Positions 8,662-17,206 of a stretch of DNA of 64,000 bases are shown here, piece after piece. The notes below the pieces were generated by a model. It did no database searches. It had not been told where the DNA came from and saw only the letters and a list, made by a program, of their open reading frames with translations. The stretch lies in the NCBI GenBank assembly GCA_965247095.1, contig OZ251997.1, positions 1,440,001 through 1,504,000 on the forward strand. Reading direction: 5' to 3'. The number at the start of each line of letters is the position of its first letter. Positions within the stretch are counted from its first letter, which is position 1. The DNA comes from Candidatus Multivorans sp. (lineage in GTDB: Bacteria; Acidobacteriota; Thermoanaerobaculia; Multivoradales; Multivoraceae). A program made the translations under genes and the position numbers.

Positions 8662-9387
8662 CTACGGCCTCACGAACACGAAGTCCTGCGTGACCGCGTC
8701 GCTCGCACCAACGGTCACTTCCGCGGTGTAGATGCCACCGTCGCCGAATCCTTCGACTTCGTGTTGCGCTTCAATGGTGTAGGTGCCGGCCGGCAGCCCC
8801 TCGATCTTGAACGTGCCGTCCATGCCGGTGACGGCGTAGAACGGATGGTCGACGACCGTCATGTAGGAGCCCATCCAGGGATGGACATCGCACTTGATCC
8901 TAAAGCGCTCCTTCTTGGTGAACTTGTAGTCCGCCTCGGTCACGTTGCCCGGCATCGCCCGGTTGAAGGGAGTGTTCTCCTTCGACAGCGAGTGGACGTT
9001 GTGCAACAGACCGTCCGAGTTCTTGACCTTGAACTGCTGGCCGATCTGGATGCCCATCACGTGCGGCGTGTAGACGCAGCCGTTCTGGTCCATGACGACG
9101 GGCTCGGAGGGCGGATCGTACGACTTGTCTTCCAGGCCATCCGTGATCATCACGAACACGTTGGCGAGAGCGTTGTCGGCCCCCAGCACGAGCATTTCGG
9201 GCTTGACAGCGCCGCTGTGCTTGGCGGCGCACTTGGGATCGGCGTCCATCCTCAAAGGGCGGAAGTTCGGCACCTGGCCGTCATAGGTGATCTTGCCGGT
9301 AATCGTGCCGCCGAGAACGACCGAGGACGAAGCCAGGGCAAGGGCGAGGAGGACGGCACAGACGCGGATCGTCTGCTTCGGAATCAT
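8662..9387 (-). CDS. Secreted cupredoxin-like / carboxypeptidase-regulatory-like domain protein with putative type-1 Cu site
   Basis: Signal peptide; DQNGCVYTPHV, HNVH and amicyanin-like CDVHPWM loop. Confidence 0.75.
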   Translation of the reverse strand: MIPKQTIRVCAVLLALALASSSVVLGGTITGKITYDGQVPNFRPLRMDADPKCAAKHSGAVKPEMLVLGADNALANVFVMITDGLEDKSYDPPSEPVVMDQNGCVYTPHVMGIQIGQQFKVKNSDGLLHNVHSLSKENTPFNRAMPGNVTEADYKFTKKERFRIKCDVHPWMGSYMTVVDHPFYAVTGMDGTFKIEGLPAGTYTIEAQHEVEGFGDGGIYTAEVTVGASDAVTQDFVFVRP

Positions 9388-9598
9388 GTCGAGGCTCCTT
9401 GGACAGGGAGGTGATGTAGAGGTTGATGAACTGGGCGCCGGCTACCTGCCCGCGCCGCCCCATGACGGCATGGCGCGCGGCGACCGCCGGATGAACTTCC
9501 CCAGATTCAGGACTTCTCCTAGAGCGGGGGCAGCGTAGCAAGGACCGGGACTGGGAACAAGACGGATCGGCGGTGCGGCGGCACGCGTCTTCGGGTCG

Positions 9599-10819
9599 TC
9601 AGATGTTCTCGAAGGCAAGCGACTCCAGCAGGCGCGGATCGCGAGTCGGCAGCAGCGCGCCGCGGCCCAGCAGCCAGGTCACGAACGCCACGAACAGTCC
9701 CCCGACACCGAGGATCGACGTGACGTCGAGCAACGAGAAATGCACACCCTCGTGATGCAGGTTCGGCATCACCAGCCAGTAGATATCCCACAGGTGCATG
9801 GCCAGCATCCACAACGCGCCGAGCAGCAGCAGCACGCGGTTGCGCTTGATCGTCCGCGGCATCAGGAAGAAGAACGGAATCGCGAAGTGGCCGATCGCGA
9901 GCAGCATCGTCGCCGTCCGCCAACTCCCCTCCAGACGGTGCAGGAACCAGCCCGTCTCTTCCGGGATGTTCGCGTACCAGATCAGGAAGAACTGGCTGAA
10001 GGCGATGTAGGCCCAGAACACCGTGAAGGCGAACAGCAGCTTGCCGAGGTCGTGCAGGTGCTCGCCGGTGATCACGCCCCGGAAGTAGCCGGCGAAGCCG
10101 AGCGCCAGGGTGAGAACGGTGAGCCCAGCGAAAGCGGCGACGATCGTGCCGGCGAAGAAGTACACGCCGAACATCGTCGAGTACCAGTGCGGATCGAGCG
10201 ACATGAGCCAGTCGAAGCCGGCAAAGGTCAGGGTCAGAGCAAACAGGGCCAGGGCCGGCGGACTGAAACGGGCCATGCGCCGGGAGAGGGCCTCGTCGCC
10301 GGTCGCGTCCTGCCGGCGCGAAGTGTTCCGGAAAAACAGCGCCAACCCGGTCCAGATGCCGAAGTAGACGACGGTGCGGATCCAGAAGCCGGTCTGGTTG
10401 AGCCACGGCTCCTTGGCCTGGAGCAGACGGTCATGCGCCACCGCGTCGGCATGGGTCCAGTGGAACAGGTCGTGCATCCCGTACGCCACGACCGGAATGA
10501 ACAGAACCGCCAGCACCGGCAACGCACAAGCCAGCGTCTCCGCCAGCCGGCGGACGACCACGCCCCACCCCGCCTTCGTCGCATGGTGGATCAGGACGAA
10601 GAACAGGCTGCCAAGGCCGATGCCGACGAAGAAGACGACCGCCACCAGCCACGAGTGGAAGAACTGCTTGGCGTTCTCCTCGGAGCCCATCGCCAGCAGA
10701 ACCGACGCCGCGGTTCCCAGGACCCCGACCGCGCCGGCGATGAGCGGCAGCCGCGCCCACGTGCTGCCCGGCCGGATCACGAGCTGGTCGAGATGAATGA
10801 TGCGGGGTCCGTGACTCAT
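9599..10819 (-). CDS. actF: Alternative complex III subunit F (ActF)
   Basis: About 10 TM; WGVVVRRLAE, DWLMSLDPHWYSTMFG, HDLGKLLFAF, FWAYIAFSQFFLIWYANIPEET. Confidence 0.9.
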   Translation of the reverse strand: MSHGPRIIHLDQLVIRPGSTWARLPLIAGAVGVLGTAASVLLAMGSEENAKQFFHSWLVAVVFFVGIGLGSLFFVLIHHATKAGWGVVVRRLAETLACALPVLAVLFIPVVAYGMHDLFHWTHADAVAHDRLLQAKEPWLNQTGFWIRTVVYFGIWTGLALFFRNTSRRQDATGDEALSRRMARFSPPALALFALTLTFAGFDWLMSLDPHWYSTMFGVYFFAGTIVAAFAGLTVLTLALGFAGYFRGVITGEHLHDLGKLLFAFTVFWAYIAFSQFFLIWYANIPEETGWFLHRLEGSWRTATMLLAIGHFAIPFFFLMPRTIKRNRVLLLLGALWMLAMHLWDIYWLVMPNLHHEGVHFSLLDVTSILGVGGLFVAFVTWLLGRGALLPTRDPRLLESLAFENI

Positions 10820-11427
10820 CAGGCGTCCTCGCCGCCGGCGCCGTCGTCCGGCGGATCCTCGATCGGCACGTGCTCGACCTCGACCGCGCCGAGACCGCTC
10901 AGGAACTCGGCCGTGGCCTGATCGTCGTACTTCGGATCCCAGGCCTCGATGGCGATGAACAGACCGTCATCGGTGACCCGCGCGAAGGTCTCCGACCGGA
11001 ACAGCGGGTGGTGGTAGGTCGGGAGCTTGTTCAACGCGAACATGCCGAGGACCGCCCCCAGGGCGGCGCCGAGCACGCCGAGTTCGAAGGCGACCGGCAC
11101 GAAGGCCGGCCAGGTGAAGAGCGGCTTGCCGCTGATGACCAGCGGATAGGCCATGATGTGGACCCAGCTCTGCAGGCCGAAGCCGAGCCCGGCGCCGGTA
11201 AGACCCGTTCCCAGCACCAGGAACGGCAGCTTGGACGGCTTGAGGCCCATCGCCTTCTCCAGGCCGTGGACCGGGAAGGGGGTCAGCGCGTCCCACTTCG
11301 AGTAGCCGGCGTCTCTGACCGCCTCGCAGGCGCGGTAGAGCGCCTTGGCGGTCGTAAAGCGGGCCAGCACGCCGTAGTGGCTGTAGCCGCCGGACGCCTC
11401 GGGGACCTCCAGGTGCATCAGACCCAT
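10819..11427 (-). CDS. actD: Alternative complex III subunit D (DUF3341)
   Basis: DALTPFPVHGL, YPLVISGKP, PAFVPVAFELGVL; start at MGLMHL. Confidence 0.9.
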   Translation of the reverse strand: MGLMHLEVPEASGGYSHYGVLARFTTAKALYRACEAVRDAGYSKWDALTPFPVHGLEKAMGLKPSKLPFLVLGTGLTGAGLGFGLQSWVHIMAYPLVISGKPLFTWPAFVPVAFELGVLGAALGAVLGMFALNKLPTYHHPLFRSETFARVTDDGLFIAIEAWDPKYDDQATAEFLSGLGAVEVEHVPIEDPPDDGAGGEDA

Positions 11428-11428
11428 G

Positions 11429-12889
11429 TCAGGCTCCTCCCCCACCGGCCGGGGCCGTCTGAGGCATCGGCGCCGCGTCCGCACCGCCCCGCACGACCCG
11501 CACCAGTTCCTCGCCCTGGTGGGGATCCGCCTCCGGCAGCACCGTCTTGACCTCGGCGGTCGCCACCATCGGCAGGAAGCGGGCGAACAGGCAGAACATC
11601 GTGAAGAACAGGCCGAAGCTGCCGATCAGCGAGGCGAAGTCCCAGAAGGTGGCCTGGTAGTAGTCCCAGTTCGCGGGCAGGAAGTCGCGGTGGAGCGACG
11701 AGACGACGATCACGAAGCGCTCGAACCACATGCCGATGTTGATCAGGATCGAGGAGATGAACAGCCAGCCGATGTGGTTGCGCATCTTCTTGAACCAGAA
11801 CAACTGCGGCGTGAGCACGTTGCAGCTCACCATGATCCAGTAGGCCCAGGAGTACGGCCCCATGACCCGGTTGGCGAACGCGAACTGCTCGTAGGGATTG
11901 CCGCTGTACCAGGAGATGAACAGCTCGATGCTGTAGGCATAGCCGACCATGGACCCGGTCAGCAGCATGATCTTGGCCATGTTCTCGAGGTGGCGCATCG
12001 TGATGATGTCCTCCATCTTGAATACGACCCGGCAGATCAGCATCAGGGTCATGACCATGGCGAAGCCCGAGAAGATGGCGCCGGCGACGAAGTAGGGCGG
12101 GAAGATGGTCGTGTGCCAGCCCGGCAACTGCGCGGTGGCGAAGTCCATCGACACCACCGAGTGGACCGAGAGCACCAGCGGCGTCGCCAGCCCGGCCAGC
12201 ATCAGGTAGGCCCGCTCGTAGTGGAGCCAGCTTCGGTACGAACCGCGCCAGCCGAGCGCGAAGATGCCGTAGACGAGCTTGCGGATCCGCGTCTTGGCGC
12301 GGTCGCGGATCGTCGCCAGGTCGGGAATCAGGCCCACGTACCAGAACATCACGGACACCGTGCCGTAGATCGAGACCGCGAACACGTCCCAGATCAGCGG
12401 ACTGCGGAAGTTCGGCCACATGTCCATCTGGTTCGGCAGCGGGAACATCCAGTACGCGACCCACACCCGGCCGACGTGAATGCCCGGAAACACCATCGCG
12501 CACATGACCGCGAAGATGGTCATCGCCTCGGCGGCGCGGTTGATCGAGGTGCGCCACTTCTGCCGGAACAGGAACAGGATCGCCGAAATCAGGGTGCCGG
12601 CGTGGCCGATGCCGACCCAGAACACGAAGTTGACGATCGCGAAGCCCCAACTGACCGGGTTGTTCAGGCCCCAGATACCGGTGCCCTCCCAGAACAGCCA
12701 GCCGATGGAGACCCCGAACAGGCCCAGCATCGCCAGCGACGGCAGGAAGAAGAACCACCAGCCGAGCGGCGTCTTGCGCTCGACGGGGAGGGCGACCGCG
12801 TTCGTCAGCGAACGGAAGTCGTAGCCGCCGACAATGAGCGGCGCGCGTCCGGCGACGGGCTCGTGAGTGTTGTCCTGACTCTGTGCCAT
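11429..12889 (-). CDS. actC: Alternative complex III subunit C (NrfD/PsrC family)
   Basis: [64 protein letters not shown]. Confidence 0.95.
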   Translation of the reverse strand: MAQSQDNTHEPVAGRAPLIVGGYDFRSLTNAVALPVERKTPLGWWFFFLPSLAMLGLFGVSIGWLFWEGTGIWGLNNPVSWGFAIVNFVFWVGIGHAGTLISAILFLFRQKWRTSINRAAEAMTIFAVMCAMVFPGIHVGRVWVAYWMFPLPNQMDMWPNFRSPLIWDVFAVSIYGTVSVMFWYVGLIPDLATIRDRAKTRIRKLVYGIFALGWRGSYRSWLHYERAYLMLAGLATPLVLSVHSVVSMDFATAQLPGWHTTIFPPYFVAGAIFSGFAMVMTLMLICRVVFKMEDIITMRHLENMAKIMLLTGSMVGYAYSIELFISWYSGNPYEQFAFANRVMGPYSWAYWIMVSCNVLTPQLFWFKKMRNHIGWLFISSILINIGMWFERFVIVVSSLHRDFLPANWDYYQATFWDFASLIGSFGLFFTMFCLFARFLPMVATAEVKTVLPEADPHQGEELVRVVRGGADAAPMPQTAPAGGGGA

Positions 12890-13034
12890 CGAGGGCGTAC
12901 AAGTAGGGCGGCGGTACCCTCAAGGGCGGGCCGGGCCACGAATCGCGCGGAAGCTAACACCGGCCCCCATCCGGGTCAAGGAATCCGGCCCGAAGAATGC
13001 GAATTCGGCCGTTCGTTCTCAGCCACGAGGCCCA

Positions 13035-13040
13035 TAGAAT
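13035..13040 (+). promoter_or_regulatory. Putative -10 box TAGAAT (leaderless)
   Basis: 6 nt before ATG 13047, no SD. Confidence 0.55.
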
Positions 13041-13046
13041 GGCGCC

Positions 13047-13859
13047 ATGACTCATCTCCCGCTTCGCTCGTTCCGCCGCGTCCCGCCCGCGACGCTCCTC
13101 CTGCTCCTGTTTCCCCTCGCCCTGACCGGCTGCGGCGGTGGCACGGGCGACGGGGCCGGCCAGGCTGCCCCGGAAGCCGAAGCGCCGCCGACGGCGCCGC
13201 TCGGCGGCAGCACGATCGCCGGCGCCATCCGCTACGACGGCGAGCTCCCCCGACTCCAACCCCTGAACATGGACGCGGATCCGGCCTGCGCCGCCAAGCA
13301 CACCGAGGCCGTGTTCCCCGAGATTCTCGAAGTCGACGAACAGGCCGGCCTGGCCAACGTCCTGGTCTACGTGACCAGCGGCCTCCCCGGGGGCCCGTAT
13401 CCGCTGGCGGAGCCAACCGTTATCGACCAGCGTGGATGCCGCTACACCCCCCACGTCGCCGGCATCATGGTCGGCCAGGAGTTGGAGGTCCTGAACTCCG
13501 ACGAACTGCTGCACAACGTCCACTCGCTGTCCGAGGTCAATCGGCCCTTCAACCGCGCGATGCCGGGCGCCATCAAGCGGGCCACCTTCTCGTTCACCGA
13601 CGAGGAGCCGGCCTTCCGCATCAAGTGCGACGTCCACCCGTGGATGTCGACCTACCTCGGCGTGTTCAACCACCCCTACTTCGCCGTCACCGGACCCGAC
13701 GGCTCGTTCGAGATCCCCGGCCTGCCGGCCGGCACCTACGAGATCGAGGCGTGGCACGAACGCCTCGGCACCCTGAAGTCCCCCGTCACCCTGCTCGACG
13801 GCCTCACCGCCATGGTCGACCTCAAGTTCGCCTTGCCGGGAACGGTAGAAGCTCCGTAG
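13047..13859 (+). CDS. Lipoprotein paralog of the cupredoxin-like protein at 8662-9387
   Basis: LTGC lipobox; MDADPACAAKH, DQRGCRYTPHV, HNVHSLS and FRIKCDVHPWM shared with the paralog. Confidence 0.8.
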   Translation: MTHLPLRSFRRVPPATLLLLLFPLALTGCGGGTGDGAGQAAPEAEAPPTAPLGGSTIAGAIRYDGELPRLQPLNMDADPACAAKHTEAVFPEILEVDEQAGLANVLVYVTSGLPGGPYPLAEPTVIDQRGCRYTPHVAGIMVGQELEVLNSDELLHNVHSLSEVNRPFNRAMPGAIKRATFSFTDEEPAFRIKCDVHPWMSTYLGVFNHPYFAVTGPDGSFEIPGLPAGTYEIEAWHERLGTLKSPVTLLDGLTAMVDLKFALPGTVEAP

Positions 13860-13874
13860 GGGACGTATGCCGAG

Positions 13875-13894
13875 GAATTCCGTGAACGGAATTC
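13875..13894. terminator. Hairpin gaattccg-tgaa-cggaattc, possible terminator
   Basis: Perfect 8-bp stem just after stop 13859; no U-tract. Confidence 0.3.
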
Positions 13895-14002
13895 AGTCGT
13901 AGCGATGCCGGTTCCAGCCACCAGCCCTTCGGCTGCACCCGGCTGTCAGGACGCCGACGCGATTCGGCAGCAACAAATGACCAAGGTTGATAAGTTCATG
14001 CC

Positions 14003-14638
14003 ATGAGATTCGGAGAACTGGTCGCCGCAGTCGCTGACGAGCCAGTCTTCGAGACGGGACTACTGCTGGCCGGACCCTGCGACCCCGGAAACGTCAGGCG
14101 GCAACTCTCGCGCTGGGTCCGCAACGGCAGAGTTCAGAAGCTGCGGCGCGGACTGTATGCGCTCGCGCCACCCTGGCAGCACCGCGTTCCGCACCCGTTC
14201 CTGCTCGCCAACCGCCTGGCGCCGGGATCCTACGTCAGCGGACTGGCGGCGCTGGGCTTCGCCCATGCAATCCCGGAATTCGTCCCGGAGGTCACCAGCG
14301 TGACACCTGGACGACCGCACACCCGGCACCTGCCGTCGGGCCGCTTCTCCTTCCGCCACCTCAAGGCCGATCGGTTGTTCGGCTACCGCCTGCTCGATCT
14401 CGGCGACAACCAGCAGGCGTTCGTGGCGACGCCGGAGAAGGCGCTGCTCGATTCCGTCTACCTGCAACCCGGCGGCGACGACCGGAAGTACCTGCGGGAA
14501 CTTCGGCTGGACTTCGGCGCCCTGGACTTGGACGCCCTCCAAGAGGCAGCGGCACGGTATGCCTCGCCGAAACTGGTTCGAGCGGCCCGTCGCATCCGCG
14601 AACTCGCCGCCGAGGCGCCCCCGTACGAGCTGCTGTGA
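14003..14638 (+). CDS. Type IV toxin-antitoxin AbiEi-like antitoxin
   Basis: N-terminal wHTH (QLSRWVRNG...LRRGLY), SYVSG, ATPEKALLD; GTGA overlap with the toxin; TG-a-TAAGTT extended -10 upstream. Confidence 0.85.
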   Translation: MRFGELVAAVADEPVFETGLLLAGPCDPGNVRRQLSRWVRNGRVQKLRRGLYALAPPWQHRVPHPFLLANRLAPGSYVSGLAALGFAHAIPEFVPEVTSVTPGRPHTRHLPSGRFSFRHLKADRLFGYRLLDLGDNQQAFVATPEKALLDSVYLQPGGDDRKYLRELRLDFGALDLDALQEAAARYASPKLVRAARRIRELAAEAPPYELL

Positions 14639-15453
14639 AGGACCACCTCAAGGCGCTGGTCCGCGGGCGCGACCCGTTGCACGGCCGCAACGTGGCCAGG
14701 GAGTACCTGCAGGCGCGCGCTCTCCGGGCCATTCAAGGCGCGGGCGCCATGAACGCGTTGGCGTTTCAGGGCGGCACCTGCCTGCGGTTCCTGTTCTCGC
14801 TGCCCCGCTACTCCGAAGACCTGGACTTCGCGCTCGAAGGCAACCGCGCGGTCTACGACCTACCGAACTATCTGAGAGCCATCCGCGCCGAACTCGCCGC
14901 CGAGGACTATCGGGTGGAGTTGCGGCTCCGCGAACACCGCTCCGTCCATGGCGCGTTCACGCGCTTCCCTGGTTTGCTCCACGAGTTGGGCCTGTCGCCG
15001 CACCGCTCGGAAGCGTTGGCAATCAAGATCGAAGTCGACACCAATCCCCCGAAGGGGGCGGGACACCAGATCAGCCTCGTGCGCCGACACGTTACGCTCA
15101 GGCTCTTCCATCACGACCGCGCTTCTCTCTTGGCCGGCAAGCTTCATGCCGTTCTGCAGCGCGGCTATGCGAAGGGCCGGGATCTGTACGACCTGATCTG
15201 GTACCTGAGCGACCCGGACTGGCCCGCGCCCAACCTGTCGCTGCTCAACGCGGCGCTGCGCCAGAGCGACTGGCAGGGAGATGAGTTGACGCCCCGTTCG
15301 TGGACCGAGGCGGTCGCGGAGCGACTGGAGGCGCTGAACTGGGAGCGGGCGCTTGGAGACGTGCGGCCGTTCCTCGAAGAACAGGACGACATCGACCTCG
15401 TCACCCGCGACAACGCGCTGCGCCTCCTCGCCAGGTCGAGTTCGGGCGGTTGA
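14635..15453 (+). CDS. AbiEii/AbiGii nucleotidyltransferase toxin
   Basis: FQGGTCLR, RYSEDLDF, KIEVD, KLHA and KGRDLYDL motifs. Confidence 0.9.
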   Translation: MKDHLKALVRGRDPLHGRNVAREYLQARALRAIQGAGAMNALAFQGGTCLRFLFSLPRYSEDLDFALEGNRAVYDLPNYLRAIRAELAAEDYRVELRLREHRSVHGAFTRFPGLLHELGLSPHRSEALAIKIEVDTNPPKGAGHQISLVRRHVTLRLFHHDRASLLAGKLHAVLQRGYAKGRDLYDLIWYLSDPDWPAPNLSLLNAALRQSDWQGDELTPRSWTEAVAERLEALNWERALGDVRPFLEEQDDIDLVTRDNALRLLARSSSGG

Positions 15454-15462
15454 ACCCTACCG

Positions 15463-16119
15463 CTAGTCGCCCAGCGTCCGCCACAGTTCGGCCAGCGCGT
15501 CGTCCGGATCGTCGACCTTGATCGTGGTCATGCCGAGCGCCCGAGCCGTCTTGAGGTTCGATCCGATGTCGTCCAGGAACACCGCCTCCTCCGGCTCGAC
15601 GCCGATCCGGCTGCAGGCCAGGCCGTAGATCGCAGGATCCGGCTTGCGCAGGCCGACGACGCTCGACTCGATGTACTCGTCGAACAGGGCCCGGACCTCC
15701 GCCCGCGCCGCGGCCTCCCCGGCATCCTTCGGTTCCCGTTCCTCCTCGCTGACCCAGTTGTTGGTCAGCGCCGCCACCGTGTAGCCGTCGGCCCGCAGCC
15801 GCCGCAACGCGTCGATCATCTGCGGTCGCGGCCTCGACTCCTCGGCGATCGCCGCCATCATGTCCTCGGCCGAGAACCGCTCGGCGACCGCCGGGTCGGC
15901 GGCCTCCACGTCGCGGTCGAAGGCGGCGAAGAAGCCCGGCCCCATGACCAGCTCGCCCCTCTCCATCCGCTGCCAGGAACCTTCCGGGCCGGCCGCAACG
16001 ACCAGGCGGTTGACGAAGTTCTCCTCGATCCCGTTCGCCAGTTCGTATCGCCGGATCGCATGCAGGGGCGAACCGAAGACGACCCCACCGAGGTCGAAGA
16101 TGACTGCTCTGTACTTCAT
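15463..16119 (-). CDS. HAD family phosphatase
   Basis: AVIFDLGGV, LTNN, RKPDPAIY, FLDD; start at MKYRAV. Confidence 0.9.
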   Translation of the reverse strand: MKYRAVIFDLGGVVFGSPLHAIRRYELANGIEENFVNRLVVAAGPEGSWQRMERGELVMGPGFFAAFDRDVEAADPAVAERFSAEDMMAAIAEESRPRPQMIDALRRLRADGYTVAALTNNWVSEEEREPKDAGEAAARAEVRALFDEYIESSVVGLRKPDPAIYGLACSRIGVEPEEAVFLDDIGSNLKTARALGMTTIKVDDPDDALAELWRTLGD

Positions 16120-16156
16120 GCGCATCTCTCTTGGTGTTTGGCGCCGCCGGCCGCCT

Positions 16157-17206
16157 CTATCGAAGCAGCGTGGCAGGCAACGGCGGGAAGCCGCCGGGCG
16201 CCCGCACAACCCCGGAGACCAGGGCCTGCTCGTCATCCCAGCGGTAGTCAAGCATGTGGATCCGCGGATCGATGGCTTCGTAGCGACCATCGCTCCGGCG
16301 GCGGAGGACGGCATAGTGCAGGTTCGGCGCCACGCTCCAGCCGGTCGCCCCGACCGTACCGATCCTCCGGCCCCTCTCGACACTCTGTCCAGCGCGGAAC
16401 TCGGTGGCTTCCAGGTGACCGAAGATGGTGATGAAGTCGTCGCCGTGACGGATCCCCAGCAGGCGGCCGTACCGTCTCCACGCAGGTCCCAGGGCGGCGC
16501 CGCGGCCGGCGAATGTCACCCGGCCGGCGGCGGTGGCCCGCACCGGCGCGCCGGCCGGCGCCGCGAGATCGATGCCGTAGTGAAACTCGGGCACCCTGGT
16601 CACCCGGTTCGTGGTTTCCCCGAAGGGGGCGACGAGAACGAAGTCGTCGCCGCGCAGCGGAGACGCGGACGGCGTCAACTCGACCAGGTCAGGCCGTGAG
16701 GACTCGACCTCGACCGCGGCCTCCAGCCGGTTTGCGAAATGCGTGGCGACGCCCTCTACATCTGCCTCGATCGCGGTTCGCACCGCCCGTACCTGCTCCT
16801 CGGAGATCGTCGCTCCCGGCGCGGCGACAAGATCGGCCGCCCGGCCGCAGCCCTCGGCAGCCGCCCCCTCCACGCCGTAGGCCAGCACGACCTTGCAGAG
16901 ACGGTCGTCGAGATCGGAAGCCGCCTCCCGCATCTCCCCGTAGCGTCCCGTGAGCGCCTCGAACCTCTCACCGAAGCGCTGGCGCGCCTCGAACAGCTCG
17001 ACCTGGTCGGCCCGGAACAGCTCGTCCCGCACCACGGTCGGCGCCGCCACGACGGCATTCACGAAGAAGGCGAACAAGACGACGGCTACCGCAACAACGA
17101 GCTGCAGCCACAACCTCGTCACCGTCAGGTAGCGCACCCTGCCCCGCGGGCCGTGGAACTGGATCTCCCCGAGTCGGGAGTCGCCGCTCAAGCGTCGGTC
17201 AGCCAT
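16157..17206 (-). CDS. M23 family peptidase domain protein
   Basis: N-terminal TM and coiled coil; HYGIDL, FGHL, VGATGWSVAPNLHY. Confidence 0.85.
   Translation of the reverse strand: MADRRLSGDSRLGEIQFHGPRGRVRYLTVTRLWLQLVVAVAVVLFAFFVNAVVAAPTVVRDELFRADQVELFEARQRFGERFEALTGRYGEMREAASDLDDRLCKVVLAYGVEGAAAEGCGRAADLVAAPGATISEEQVRAVRTAIEADVEGVATHFANRLEAAVEVESSRPDLVELTPSASPLRGDDFVLVAPFGETTNRVTRVPEFHYGIDLAAPAGAPVRATAAGRVTFAGRGAALGPAWRRYGRLLGIRHGDDFITIFGHLEATEFRAGQSVERGRRIGTVGATGWSVAPNLHYAVLRRRSDGRYEAIDPRIHMLDYRWDDEQALVSGVVRAPGGFPPLPATLLR

Noticed and set aside
11426-13885. 819-aa plus-strand ORF and the many other long antisense or alternate-frame ORFs
   Set aside because: They shadow well-supported genes, are Arg/Pro/Gly-rich and motif-free, as expected from stop-codon scarcity in high-GC DNA
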